Source: Bdellovibrionales bacterium RIFOXYD12_FULL_39_22 (GTDB taxonomy: Bacteria; Bdellovibrionota; Bacteriovoracia; Bacteriovoracales; Bacteriovoracaceae). From it: a DNA stretch of 64,000 bases. A program made the position numbers and the translations under genes. This document shows, piece by piece, positions 1-8,835 of the stretch. Location of the stretch: positions 62,001 through 126,000 of the forward strand of contig MEQL01000007.1 of NCBI GenBank assembly GCA_001770205.1, given 5' to 3'. Below the pieces are notes generated by a model, which was given only the letters and a program-made list of their open reading frames with translations, was not told where the DNA came from and did not search any database. The stretch's first letter is position 1; every line of letters begins with the position of its first letter.

Positions 1-140
1 AGACAAAAAAGGGATTGGCCTTCGATGCTCTTTTTGCAGAAAGTGAAGAGGATGCGGATTTTAACCATGGATTGACGGCCAAATATGCCAAGGCCGGAAT
101 TGCCAGAGAAGATTTTCAATACCTTTTGCAGATACAGTAG
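1..140 (+). CDS. 3' end of a CDS entering the window (unknown product)
   Basis: Frame from position 3 is open: TKKGLAFDALFAESEEDADFNHGLTAKYAKAGIAREDFQYLLQIQ, TAG at 138-140. Confidence 0.6.
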   Translation, partial: TKKGLAFDALFAESEEDADFNHGLTAKYAKAGIAREDFQYLLQIQ

Positions 141-163
141 TTGTGAATGTTAATTTTAAATTA

Positions 164-202
164 CGGTATCTTTAATTTGTTTCTTGCCGAATAAAGATAC
201 CG
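164..202. terminator. Stem-loop after the upstream CDS (possible terminator or operator)
   Basis: Perfect 11-bp inverted repeat CGGTATCTTTA (164-174) / TAAAGATACCG (192-202); no clear U-tract. Confidence 0.35.
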
Positions 203-420
203 CCCCATAATTTTTGTAAAAAAGCTAGGGCCGGAAATATTTCGATGCCCTCTTTAGTAATTTGTTGATGTATATCTAATAAAAACTGATTTAAACCCTA
301 AAATAAGATTGCATAATCGCAAAGAGTAAAATAGCCTACGGCTAAATTTATACATTTGATTTACAATAAAAGTAAAATTCGTTACAGAGCATAATTAAAC
401 TTATTTTTTTGGGAGGAGAT

Positions 421-942
421 ATGAAAAAAGTTTCGAGGATAAGTATTTTTTTATTGGTTTTTTTTGCTTTAAACTTAAATGCTAAAATAAATACAGAAAC
501 TGCTAAAAAATTTACAGGTTTATTTAAACTTGAGATGGAAATTCTTAATAAAACAGAAAAACCATGTTCTCCAAATATTCAATCTATTTATTGGTTTAGC
601 TACTCAATTCTTGATTTTCAATATGAGGATCGAAATAATGGAATTGAAGTGGAGGATAAATTTCCTAGCTTCAGAGAAGAACTCAATGCTTTGCTCATTG
701 ATACACACAATAAAGTAGTCTTTTCAAAAAATAAAAAATTTAAATATGAATATACTGCAGAAAGTGATTCTTTTATTGCTATGAAAGTCTTTGAAAAGAA
801 TTGGCTGGGAAAATACAATTTTAATTATGGTTATAATTTATCTGCAGGTGAAGATATATTATCTTCTTTTTTTATTTTAAGTATTGAAGAATTTGATAAC
901 GATGGAGTTGTCAAACAATGTAAATACATTAAAGTTGATTAA
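421..942 (+). CDS. Hypothetical exported protein, very AT-rich
   Basis: GGAGG-type RBS before ATG 421; N-terminal MKKVSRISIFLLVFFALNLNA resembles a signal peptide; no family recognised. Confidence 0.75.
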   Translation: MKKVSRISIFLLVFFALNLNAKINTETAKKFTGLFKLEMEILNKTEKPCSPNIQSIYWFSYSILDFQYEDRNNGIEVEDKFPSFREELNALLIDTHNKVVFSKNKKFKYEYTAESDSFIAMKVFEKNWLGKYNFNYGYNLSAGEDILSSFFILSIEEFDNDGVVKQCKYIKVD

Positions 943-972
943 ATCACTAGAAAAGTTTTTTCCCGATGCTCA

Positions 973-2112
973 TATTAACCAGAGCATAACATAGTACGTA
1001 TTTTCTCTAGACAAACCTTTTCCTTAACTGTTTCATTGTGATATGAAAGATTCACGATCACTAGACCAAATTACCCAAGAAATTATTCGAATTAAGACGG
1101 TTCATGCACTTATTGCTGGTAATACACAGAATGAAGCAGCTGCGCTATTTGGAGTATCCCTGAAGGCCGTTAATAACTGGTGGAGAATATATTGTGAATT
1201 GGGTATCCCAGGTCTGCGAATGAAATCACGCCGGCCCAAATCAGCCGATGCCGGTGGTAAGTTAAAGGGCTGGCAATGTGCGAGTATAGTTCGGACAATT
1301 ATGAAAAAGACGCCTGATCAACTTGAATTTGGTTTTATGCTCTGGACACGAGATGCTATTGCTGAATTAATAAAAGATCGATTCAAAGTTCGACTATCTA
1401 AATGGACAGTAGGTCGCCTTCTTAAAAAGTGGGGAATGTCACCGCAAAAGCCCTTAAAAAAGGCCTATCAGCAGCAACCAGAGGTTGTGAAAACCTGGCT
1501 AGATAAGGAATACCCACGCATTGCCCGCAAGGCCGCACAAGAAAAAGCGGAGATTTTGTGGGGTGATGAGATGGGTGTGCGCTCTGACGATCAAACTGGA
1601 AGAACCTACGGCAAGATTGGACAAACTCCTGTTGTCAAAGTCTCGGGCCAGCGGTTTTCATGCCAGATGATTTCAACAATATCCAATCGTGGAAATTTGC
1701 GCTTCATGATTTTTGATGGGAAATTCAACGCTGATGTTTGTATCACCTTTTTGAAGCGCCTGATCAAGGACTCTATGCGCAAAGTTTTCTTGATTCTTGA
1801 TGGACATCCAGTTCACAAATCCAAAAAAGTTAAATCGTGGATAGCAGCAAATTCCAACAAGATCAGCCCTTTTATATTACCGGCATATAGCCCAGAACTC
1901 AACCCTGATGAATTATTAAATCAAGATGTAAATGTAAAAACCAATGCTGTAAGAAAAAAAACGGGCCATTAACAAAAAAGAGCTAAAGAAGAATTTAACT
2001 GGATATCTTCGTAGCCGCCAAAAAGGGCCTGATCTTGTTCGCCGATATTTTGAAGCGAAAAATGTCAATTACGCAGCTTAAAAATACGTACTATGTGCCA
2101 CTCCTAGTAATA
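973..2112 (+). mobile_element. IS630-family insertion sequence (~1.14 kb)
   Basis: Imperfect 32-bp terminal inverted repeats with a perfect 16-bp core ACATAGTACGTATTTT (989-1004) / AAAATACGTACTATGT (2081-2096); TA at both outer ends (973-974, 2111-2112); encloses an IS630 transposase. Confidence 0.9.
1043..2081 (+). pseudogene. IS630-family DDE transposase with a +1 frameshift near the C-terminus (ORF as written stops at 1972)
   Basis: HTH region then WGDEMG, LILDGHPVH, LPAYSPELNPDE motifs; removing one A from the A8 run at 1954-1961 gives a typical C-terminus ...KKRAINKKELKKNLTGYLRSRQKGPDLVRRYFEAKNVNYAA* ending at 2081 next to the right IR. Confidence 0.8.
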
Positions 2113-2381
2113 ACTATAATCGTGTTTGTTGCGTTGCCAGTACTGTCGGTGTCACTAGTACTGCTAGTTTCAATTTTATTACAAAAAATAGTGATCTCTG
2201 ATTCCAGCGCGTCGTGGGTATTTGAAAAAAAATCAAAGGCCTTTTTACGTAACAGATTAACATAAAGTGCATTTGGATACTGGGCCATAAGCCATGTGGA
2301 CTTGCCAGTCTGGCGTGGACCAAATAAAAAAACACTTTTTCTAGATAAAATGGATTCTAAACTGATGATTCTATTGAACAT
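2113..2381 (-). pseudogene. Truncated AAA_14-type ATPase (N-terminal fragment cut by the IS630)
   Basis: MFNRIISLESILSRKSVFLFGPRQTGKST (Walker A); ends at ...TIIV at the IS boundary, just where Walker B (DE) is expected. Confidence 0.75.
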
Positions 2382-2529
2382 GCCCTCTTCGTGTAGCGCT
2401 ATTATAGTCTTAAAATGGCGGTTGCACCACCAATTTAAGGCCAAAATAGCGATATCGCTCGCGAGCAGGAAAAGATTCCCGCTGACAATTTAACTTTTAG
2501 CTTATTCTAGTACTAGCTCGGAAAATCTT

Positions 2530-2559
2530 TTGACAGGTGTATTATGCTGATTTTATAGT
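2530..2559 (+). promoter_or_regulatory. Putative sigma70 promoter of the AAA ATPase gene
   Basis: TTGACA (2530-2535), 18 nt, TATAGT (2554-2559); predicted start site falls at about ATG 2566. Confidence 0.5.
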
Positions 2560-2565
2560 ATAATT

Positions 2566-3738
2566 ATGAAGAGGATATTTCAAAAATCTCTTGAAAAAAG
2601 ATGGGGAAATACATCTGGCCTAATCCAGGTTATCCTCGGCCCAAGACAGGTCGGTAAAACAACGGCCATTACAGAATTAATGGCCACAGAATCTCCAGAT
2701 TCATTTTTATATGCAGCTGCAGACCTCCCCCTTACTCCAACTCCAGAGTTCATTATTGAATCTTGGAAGAAGGGGAGAAAAATAAATTCACAAAACCGGG
2801 TGTTGATTTTTGATGAGATTCAGAAAATTCCGCGCTGGTCCGAAGTGGTTAAAGCACTTTGGGATGAAGATCGTCGCAATAATTTTCGTCTTGATATCTG
2901 GATACTGGGAAGTTCTGCAATTTTATTAGATAAAGGGTTGGCAGAAAGTCTGACTGGTCGCTTCGAATTAAATTTTTTCCCCCATTGGTTTTATTCAGAA
3001 TGCCGAGATGCTTTTGGTATCTCGCTGGAAGAGTATGTGCGATTTGGTGGATATCCCAAAGTCTATTCTTTGAAAAATGATGAGATCCGTGCGATGGATT
3101 ATATTCAAAACGGAATAGTCGAACCAACGCTAGGGAGAGATATATTAACGTTGCACGCTATCGAAAAACCAGCGCTACTCAGACAACTGTTTTGGTATGT
3201 TTCAAAACTTCCCGCGCAAATTGTTAGCTATGAAAAAATATTGGGCCATCTCCAAGGAAAAGGCAACTCTGCAACACTAGCTCATTATGCAGAACTATTG
3301 TCACTAGCATTCATTGTTATACCGATTTCTAAATTTTCCAAAGCGGCCCACAAAACGAAACGCTCCATTCCTAAATGGATTATCCCAAATCCGGCCTTAG
3401 TAGATGAAAAAGTCAGATCAGAAGGTTTGAAAAATTTTACCTTCGAAAATATGATAGGGGGGCACCTATTAAATCTTGTATACGGAAAAAAGAAATATGA
3501 AATTCAATATTGGCGCGAAGACAACAGAGAAATAGATTTTATACTTATTGAGTACGGGGAGCCTGTTTTAGCGATAGAGGTTAAAAGCGGTACTGTAAAA
3601 AAAATACCATCCTCGGAGTTATTGGCAAGTGTTGGCCTTGCCTGTCCTCTACTTGTTGTTTCTCAGGAAAATGTGCAAAAATTCATGTCTACGCTCTCTG
3701 TTGAAGAAGTGACTAGACTTTTGCCTAATCAAGGTTAG
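2566..3738 (+). CDS. AAA+ ATPase (AAA_14 + DUF4143 type)
   Basis: Walker A GPRQVGKTT, Walker B LIFDEIQK, LGSS, ESLTGR, GGYP and C-terminal YWR...EIDFI...AIEVK. Confidence 0.9.
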   Translation: MKRIFQKSLEKRWGNTSGLIQVILGPRQVGKTTAITELMATESPDSFLYAAADLPLTPTPEFIIESWKKGRKINSQNRVLIFDEIQKIPRWSEVVKALWDEDRRNNFRLDIWILGSSAILLDKGLAESLTGRFELNFFPHWFYSECRDAFGISLEEYVRFGGYPKVYSLKNDEIRAMDYIQNGIVEPTLGRDILTLHAIEKPALLRQLFWYVSKLPAQIVSYEKILGHLQGKGNSATLAHYAELLSLAFIVIPISKFSKAAHKTKRSIPKWIIPNPALVDEKVRSEGLKNFTFENMIGGHLLNLVYGKKKYEIQYWREDNREIDFILIEYGEPVLAIEVKSGTVKKIPSSELLASVGLACPLLVVSQENVQKFMSTLSVEEVTRLLPNQG

Positions 3739-3780
3739 TGTTGTGGTAAAAATTAATATTGGATTTCTTCAGAGGTACTT

Positions 3781-4818
3781 ATGGCCATAATGGTGACAGG
3801 CGGCGCAGGGTTTATTGGATCTGCTCTGTTACGTTTTCTCATCAAAGAAACTGATCACAACGTAATCAATGTTGACAAGCTTACATACGCAGGAAATCTT
3901 GACTCATTGAGAGAAATCCTTGGTAGTTCACGTTATCAGTTTGAGCAAGTGGATATTTGCAATTTGCGGGCATTACAAAAAGTTTTTGATAAATATCAAC
4001 CGGATTATGTTATTCATCTTGCGGCGGAAAGTCATGTTGATCGCTCGATTGATGGGCCAGCTGTTTTTATTCAGACCAATATTGTTGGAACGTACAACCT
4101 TTTAGAGGCATCACGTGAGTATTTAGAAAATAAAAAAATTGATGAGATTAAACGATCACATTTTCGTTTTCATCACGTTTCAACCGATGAAGTATATGGT
4201 GATCTTGGTGACACCTCTGATTTATTCGTGGAAGAAACGCCATATTCGCCAAGTAGTCCCTACGCTGCATCTAAGGCCTCCTCAGATCATTTGGTTCGTG
4301 CTTGGCATCGAACTTTTAACTTGCCAATACTAATCACGAATTGTTCTAACAATTATGGGCCCTATCAGTATCCCGAAAAATTAATACCACTTACAATTTT
4401 AAATTCACTCGAAGGAAAAAAAATTCCTATATATGGGACAGGAGAGCAGATCCGTGACTGGTTGCATGTTGAAGATCATGTGCGGGCGTTATATAAAGTT
4501 TTATTGAAAGGAAGGCCCGGGGAGACCTACAACATTGGTGGCCTAAACGAGGAAAAAAATATCGAAGTCGTTAATATGATATGTTCAATTTTAGATGGAA
4601 TGATTCCCAATAACTTTGGATTAAAGAGCTATCAAGAACTAATTGAACATGTAGCAGATCGGCCTGGCCATGATAAGCGTTATGCGATTGATGCAAGCAA
4701 GCTAAGAAGAGAGTTGGGGTGGAGACCCCTTGAGAGCTTTGAAAGTGGAATTAGAAAAACAGTTGAGTGGTATTTACAAAACAGGGATTGGGTGGACAAG
4801 GTAAGGTGTAAGATATGA
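3781..4818 (+). CDS. rfbB: dTDP-glucose 4,6-dehydratase
   Basis: [76 protein letters not shown]. Confidence 0.97.
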   Translation: MAIMVTGGAGFIGSALLRFLIKETDHNVINVDKLTYAGNLDSLREILGSSRYQFEQVDICNLRALQKVFDKYQPDYVIHLAAESHVDRSIDGPAVFIQTNIVGTYNLLEASREYLENKKIDEIKRSHFRFHHVSTDEVYGDLGDTSDLFVEETPYSPSSPYAASKASSDHLVRAWHRTFNLPILITNCSNNYGPYQYPEKLIPLTILNSLEGKKIPIYGTGEQIRDWLHVEDHVRALYKVLLKGRPGETYNIGGLNEEKNIEVVNMICSILDGMIPNNFGLKSYQELIEHVADRPGHDKRYAIDASKLRRELGWRPLESFESGIRKTVEWYLQNRDWVDKVRCKI

Positions 4819-4838
4819 AAGGGATTGTTTTAACGGGT
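4815..4838 (+). pseudogene. rfbA: Vestigial 5' stub of glucose-1-phosphate thymidylyltransferase
   Basis: ATGA overlap with the rfbB stop encodes MKGIVLTG, matching the RfbA start MKGI(I/V)LAGG; similarity ends after ~8 codons. Confidence 0.55.
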
Positions 4839-4930
4839 TATTTGAGGACAAAAAAATATTTGTTTTTTTGTCTCTAAAGTGTATCTATGATACTACAAGA
4901 TCCACATGGCATTAAGTCAAGGAGATAGCT

Positions 4931-5974
4931 CTGAAGTCATTAAATCAACAACGCCTGAGTCTAACTATTGTTGTTCCATGCTTTAATGAAGAAGATGGAA
5001 TTATTGCAACATTAACAAGTATATTTTCACATTTGGGAAGCAAACATGCAGATATCCAATATGAGGTAATTGCTGTAAATGATGGCTCTAGCGATAGAAC
5101 CGTAGAGAGGATAAAAAATTTTCAAGAAAAAGAATCTCGCTTAAAACTCATAAACTTTGAGTACAATAAAGGTCGAGGGAGTGCCATGCGGGCCGGATTA
5201 GCTATGGCCACTTCGGAGTACTTGCTTTTTTTAGATGCAGATCTATCTTATGATGTAGACCACATTACAGACGTAATAAACTACTTTAAGTCCAGCCCAC
5301 AGACAGATGCCTTGATAATTAGTCCATACATGAAAGGAGGGATTTCCAAGAACATTCCGCTAGCGCGTCTACTTCTTTCTAAAATGGCAAATTGGATTCT
5401 TGCAGATTTTTTTTCATCAGAAATTTCGACAGTAACATCCATGGTGCGAGCATATCGAACTAAGATTTTACAAGGCATATTGTTAGTAGAAAGTGGCAAG
5501 GAGTTACATCTTGAGATTTTGCGAAAACTCTATTTGGTTGGAGCAAATATTGCAGAAATACCTGGCCGTCTAATTTGGAAAGAGAAAAAATCAAGAAATG
5601 CACGGATAAGTAAAAAGAAAATTGCAATTTCTGCCAAAAAGCATATTCTCTATGGTTTTTTGTCGCGGCCAACGAAATTTCTAGGTAAACTTGCTTTTTT
5701 TGTACTGCTAATTTCTTTATGGGAGATGTTTAATTTATTGCGAAATTTCTGGTCTTACTATAGTCCCCAGGGGGATTGGATTGGCCAAGACTTATGGGCA
5801 GGCCTAAGCCAAACTTTCTATCATTCCCCCCACACGGTTGTTATATCCGTTGTGGGTCTGATTATCAGTGTTCAAGTTTTTTCTTATTTGGCCCTATTTT
5901 CAATTTTAAATATGCAACACGAAGAACAACTACGGCATATTTTAAAGATGTATAAAGATCAACAAGAGAAATAA
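4931..5974 (+). CDS. GT2 polyprenol-phosphate glycosyltransferase (ArnC/GtrB/DPM-like) with C-terminal TM helices
   Basis: Frame is open upstream of the track start 5033 and includes LTIVVPCFNEE; also VNDGSSD, NKGRG, LDADL; start uncertain (CTG 4931 behind AAGGAG, or a frameshift from ATG 4906). Confidence 0.85.
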   Translation: MKSLNQQRLSLTIVVPCFNEEDGIIATLTSIFSHLGSKHADIQYEVIAVNDGSSDRTVERIKNFQEKESRLKLINFEYNKGRGSAMRAGLAMATSEYLLFLDADLSYDVDHITDVINYFKSSPQTDALIISPYMKGGISKNIPLARLLLSKMANWILADFFSSEISTVTSMVRAYRTKILQGILLVESGKELHLEILRKLYLVGANIAEIPGRLIWKEKKSRNARISKKKIAISAKKHILYGFLSRPTKFLGKLAFFVLLISLWEMFNLLRNFWSYYSPQGDWIGQDLWAGLSQTFYHSPHTVVISVVGLIISVQVFSYLALFSILNMQHEEQLRHILKMYKDQQEK

Positions 5975-5976
5975 AA

Positions 5977-7740
5977 ATGTGTGGCGTTCTGGGTATTTAT
6001 TCAAAAACAGTTGTGCCTCAAGATGCTTTTGAGAACGCATTGGGCCTGCTTCACCATCGTGGGCCAGATTTTCATGGTATGTATGAGCATGCTTTTAATG
6101 ATGGTTTTTTGAGATTGGGACATACAAGATTGTCTATTCTTGATCCATCTCCGATGGCCAACCAACCAATGAAAATCTTAGAATCTGTATTGTGCTTTAA
6201 CGGGGAAATTTACAATCATCAAAAGCTCCAAAAAAATCTTAATCATAATTTCAAAACAACAAGTGACACAGAAACACTTCTAGTCGGGATGAGACAAAGT
6301 GGTATAGACTTTTTATCATCATGCAGTGGAATGTTTGCTGGGGCATATTATGAGGAAACAGATAAGCACAATCAGTTAATGATATTTCGTGATACTCTGG
6401 GTATCAAAAATCTTTATTATTATTCCGATGATAAGCAGTTGATTTTTTCTTCTGAGATAAAGGCCATCGCGCAACTACTTTTTGGAACGAGTTTAAAATT
6501 TGATATGGCAGTGGTTGAGGAATATCTTGCTTTTGAAAATTATATTCAAGGGAAAACAATTTTTAAAGGTATTCATCATCTACTTCCTGGCCAAATAATA
6601 ACGATATCAAATAATTTCACTGTCTCATCGGTTATTATCAAACCAACGATAAAAATAAAAAATAACCCGCAGGCCATAGAAGACTCGGTAGCGCGTCACT
6701 TACTCAGTGATTTTCCACTAGGTGTTTATCTTTCTGGTGGTATTGATAGCTCATTAGTGGCATCACTTGCGGCCCAAAAAAATGCAAATCTAATTGGGTT
6801 TACGGGGTTTTTCAAAACGGAAAGTGGTTATTATGATGAACGGTTGTATGCCCGGCTAGTAGCAAAAAAACTAGAAATCCCACTAGAAGAGATTGAGATC
6901 ACGCCAGCTCATTTTATCGATTTATTTGATAAAATGATCTATCACCTAGAAGGCCCCAAAATGGGGATGGGGGCCTTTTCGCAATTCGTGGTTGCAAAAG
7001 AGGCCGCTCAGAAAAGACGAGTGATTTTGGCCGGGCACGGCGGCGATGAGCTTTTTGCAGGATATCCAATGTTTAAGGCCTTTTGGATAAATGAAAATAT
7101 TTACAAGATCTTTAGCATAAAATGGCGGGAGTTTCCGTGGGTTCTTTTCTTTTTTATGAATAAAATCTTCAGCAAGATAATAATCTTCGCCCCAATAATT
7201 TTTAACAAATATGTCAAAAGAACTTCTTCTGGAATTTTTTTTGATAAAGCGGCGCAAGGATCATTAGAGCGGTTATTTGAATATTACCGGCAGGTATATA
7301 TTCCTGGACTTTTGGAAGTGGAAGATAAAATTTCTATGGCCCACTCTTTAGAAACAAGAGTTCCATTATGGGATTTGGAGGTTATAGAGTTCTCTGCAAA
7401 AATTTCTATTGAAGAAAAGCTTAAAGGGGGAGTTTTAAAGGCCTACTTAAAAGAGAAGGCCCGTCCGTATTTGCCCCCTGAATTGCTTACAGCGCCCAAG
7501 CGCGGATTTCCAACGCCACTTAGATTATGGTTCAAAAAAGAGTTATCTGATTTTGTCTCCAGTCGCTTATTGAATGACTCTCCGATATTAGACAGAGTCA
7601 TGAGTAAGTTTTCTAGAAAATTATTATGTTTCTTTCACAAAAATATACCACTTCCTTTTGCGTTGGATGAAATAAGAGCGCATAAAATTTGGATGTTACT
7701 ATGCCTTGAGTCGGTGGAACGTCAATTCGGAGTAAAATAG
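5977..7740 (+). CDS. asnB: Asparagine synthase (glutamine-hydrolysing)-like amidotransferase of glycan loci
   Basis: N-terminal MCG, HRGPD, HTRLSI, FNGEIYN, SDTE, LSGGIDSS, GHGGDELFAGY, SMAHSLETRVP, KRGF. Confidence 0.92.
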   Translation: MCGVLGIYSKTVVPQDAFENALGLLHHRGPDFHGMYEHAFNDGFLRLGHTRLSILDPSPMANQPMKILESVLCFNGEIYNHQKLQKNLNHNFKTTSDTETLLVGMRQSGIDFLSSCSGMFAGAYYEETDKHNQLMIFRDTLGIKNLYYYSDDKQLIFSSEIKAIAQLLFGTSLKFDMAVVEEYLAFENYIQGKTIFKGIHHLLPGQIITISNNFTVSSVIIKPTIKIKNNPQAIEDSVARHLLSDFPLGVYLSGGIDSSLVASLAAQKNANLIGFTGFFKTESGYYDERLYARLVAKKLEIPLEEIEITPAHFIDLFDKMIYHLEGPKMGMGAFSQFVVAKEAAQKRRVILAGHGGDELFAGYPMFKAFWINENIYKIFSIKWREFPWVLFFFMNKIFSKIIIFAPIIFNKYVKRTSSGIFFDKAAQGSLERLFEYYRQVYIPGLLEVEDKISMAHSLETRVPLWDLEVIEFSAKISIEEKLKGGVLKAYLKEKARPYLPPELLTAPKRGFPTPLRLWFKKELSDFVSSRLLNDSPILDRVMSKFSRKLLCFFHKNIPLPFALDEIRAHKIWMLLCLESVERQFGVK

Positions 7741-8835
7741 ATGCAAGAACATCAAATTGATATTCCATCGCAGTTAAAACTTTGGGCCGAAACGCTTGGA
7801 GTTGAAGAATCTCATATCGTCGCAAGTAGTGGAGAGTTTTTATACAAACAATGGAGAGAAGATCTTGAAAATTCTAAATATGGCTACCCGCTACAACCAG
7901 TGGCACAATCCGCCTATTTGGAAGATTCATTGGGGAAAATAATTGGAAATTTTGAATATAAAAAAAGAACTCCGGCCATTTTTCTAACTCATGATGTGGA
8001 TTATCTAAATCCAACGTATATTTTATGGCTTAAAAAGGCCATTGGGCGAAAGAAATTTTCACTGGATTGTTTTAAAGATAATTTTTTAGATTCACTAAAA
8101 AGATATTTGGAAGTAGATAAAAACTTTCTCAAAGATTCAGGTGGACAACTTTTTATTCCCGCTCCTCGTCCTCCACGCGGATTTAAAAAATATCTTATTC
8201 ATAAACTAATCGATCCTTCTTATAACTTAAATTCCACTTTGGGAGATGCCTTTTATAAAATTGTTATGGATTATCGTGCAGAAGTGGGGATTCATGGCTC
8301 CTTTTTTTCACTGGAAAATGATGGTAATTTTAAGTTAGAAAAAAGGACTCTTGAACAGAGGTTTGGTCGGAAGATTACATTTAATCGGCAACATTGGTTA
8401 AATATAAACAGTTATCAAGATCTGATTGCTATGCATGAATCAGGCATCAACTTTGATAGTTCTCTTGGTTGGAACGGAACTCTAGGAATTCGTGGAGGAT
8501 TCTTAAGGCCATATCCAATTCTTTTAGATAAGCTTAAAGTAATTTGGGAAATTCCAATGCTTCTTATGGATGGGGTTTTATTTGATGAACTTAAATTGTC
8601 TCCAGAGAAAGCGTTAGCGATCGCCTGTGATTGGCTACAAAAAGTCGCGATGGTTGGTGGGTGTGTCGCAATAAATTGGCATGAACGAACCTTTGCTAGA
8701 AGTTATGGGTGGGGTGAAACCTACGAGAGAATTTTGGAATGGTGTAAAAAAGAGGGTTTTGACTTTTACTCACGTCAAGATATAGAGCAGCGTATAAAAG
8801 AGCATGAAGGAAAATATATATCAAAAACAAATTGA
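7741..8835 (+). CDS. Polysaccharide deacetylase (CE4/NodB-like)
   Basis: FLTHDVD, EVGIHGS, RQHWL, DSSLG, WEIPM..MD, INWH. Confidence 0.8.
   Translation: MQEHQIDIPSQLKLWAETLGVEESHIVASSGEFLYKQWREDLENSKYGYPLQPVAQSAYLEDSLGKIIGNFEYKKRTPAIFLTHDVDYLNPTYILWLKKAIGRKKFSLDCFKDNFLDSLKRYLEVDKNFLKDSGGQLFIPAPRPPRGFKKYLIHKLIDPSYNLNSTLGDAFYKIVMDYRAEVGIHGSFFSLENDGNFKLEKRTLEQRFGRKITFNRQHWLNINSYQDLIAMHESGINFDSSLGWNGTLGIRGGFLRPYPILLDKLKVIWEIPMLLMDGVLFDELKLSPEKALAIACDWLQKVAMVGGCVAINWHERTFARSYGWGETYERILEWCKKEGFDFYSRQDIEQRIKEHEGKYISKTN

Noticed and set aside
2035..2265. 76-aa hydrophobic + strand ORF
   Set aside because: Straddles the IS right end and is antisense to the AAA fragment; likely spurious
5977..7740. 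Housekeeping asparagine biosynthesis
   Set aside because: Embedded in a glycan operon, where AsnB homologs typically amidate sugars; the symbol denotes family only
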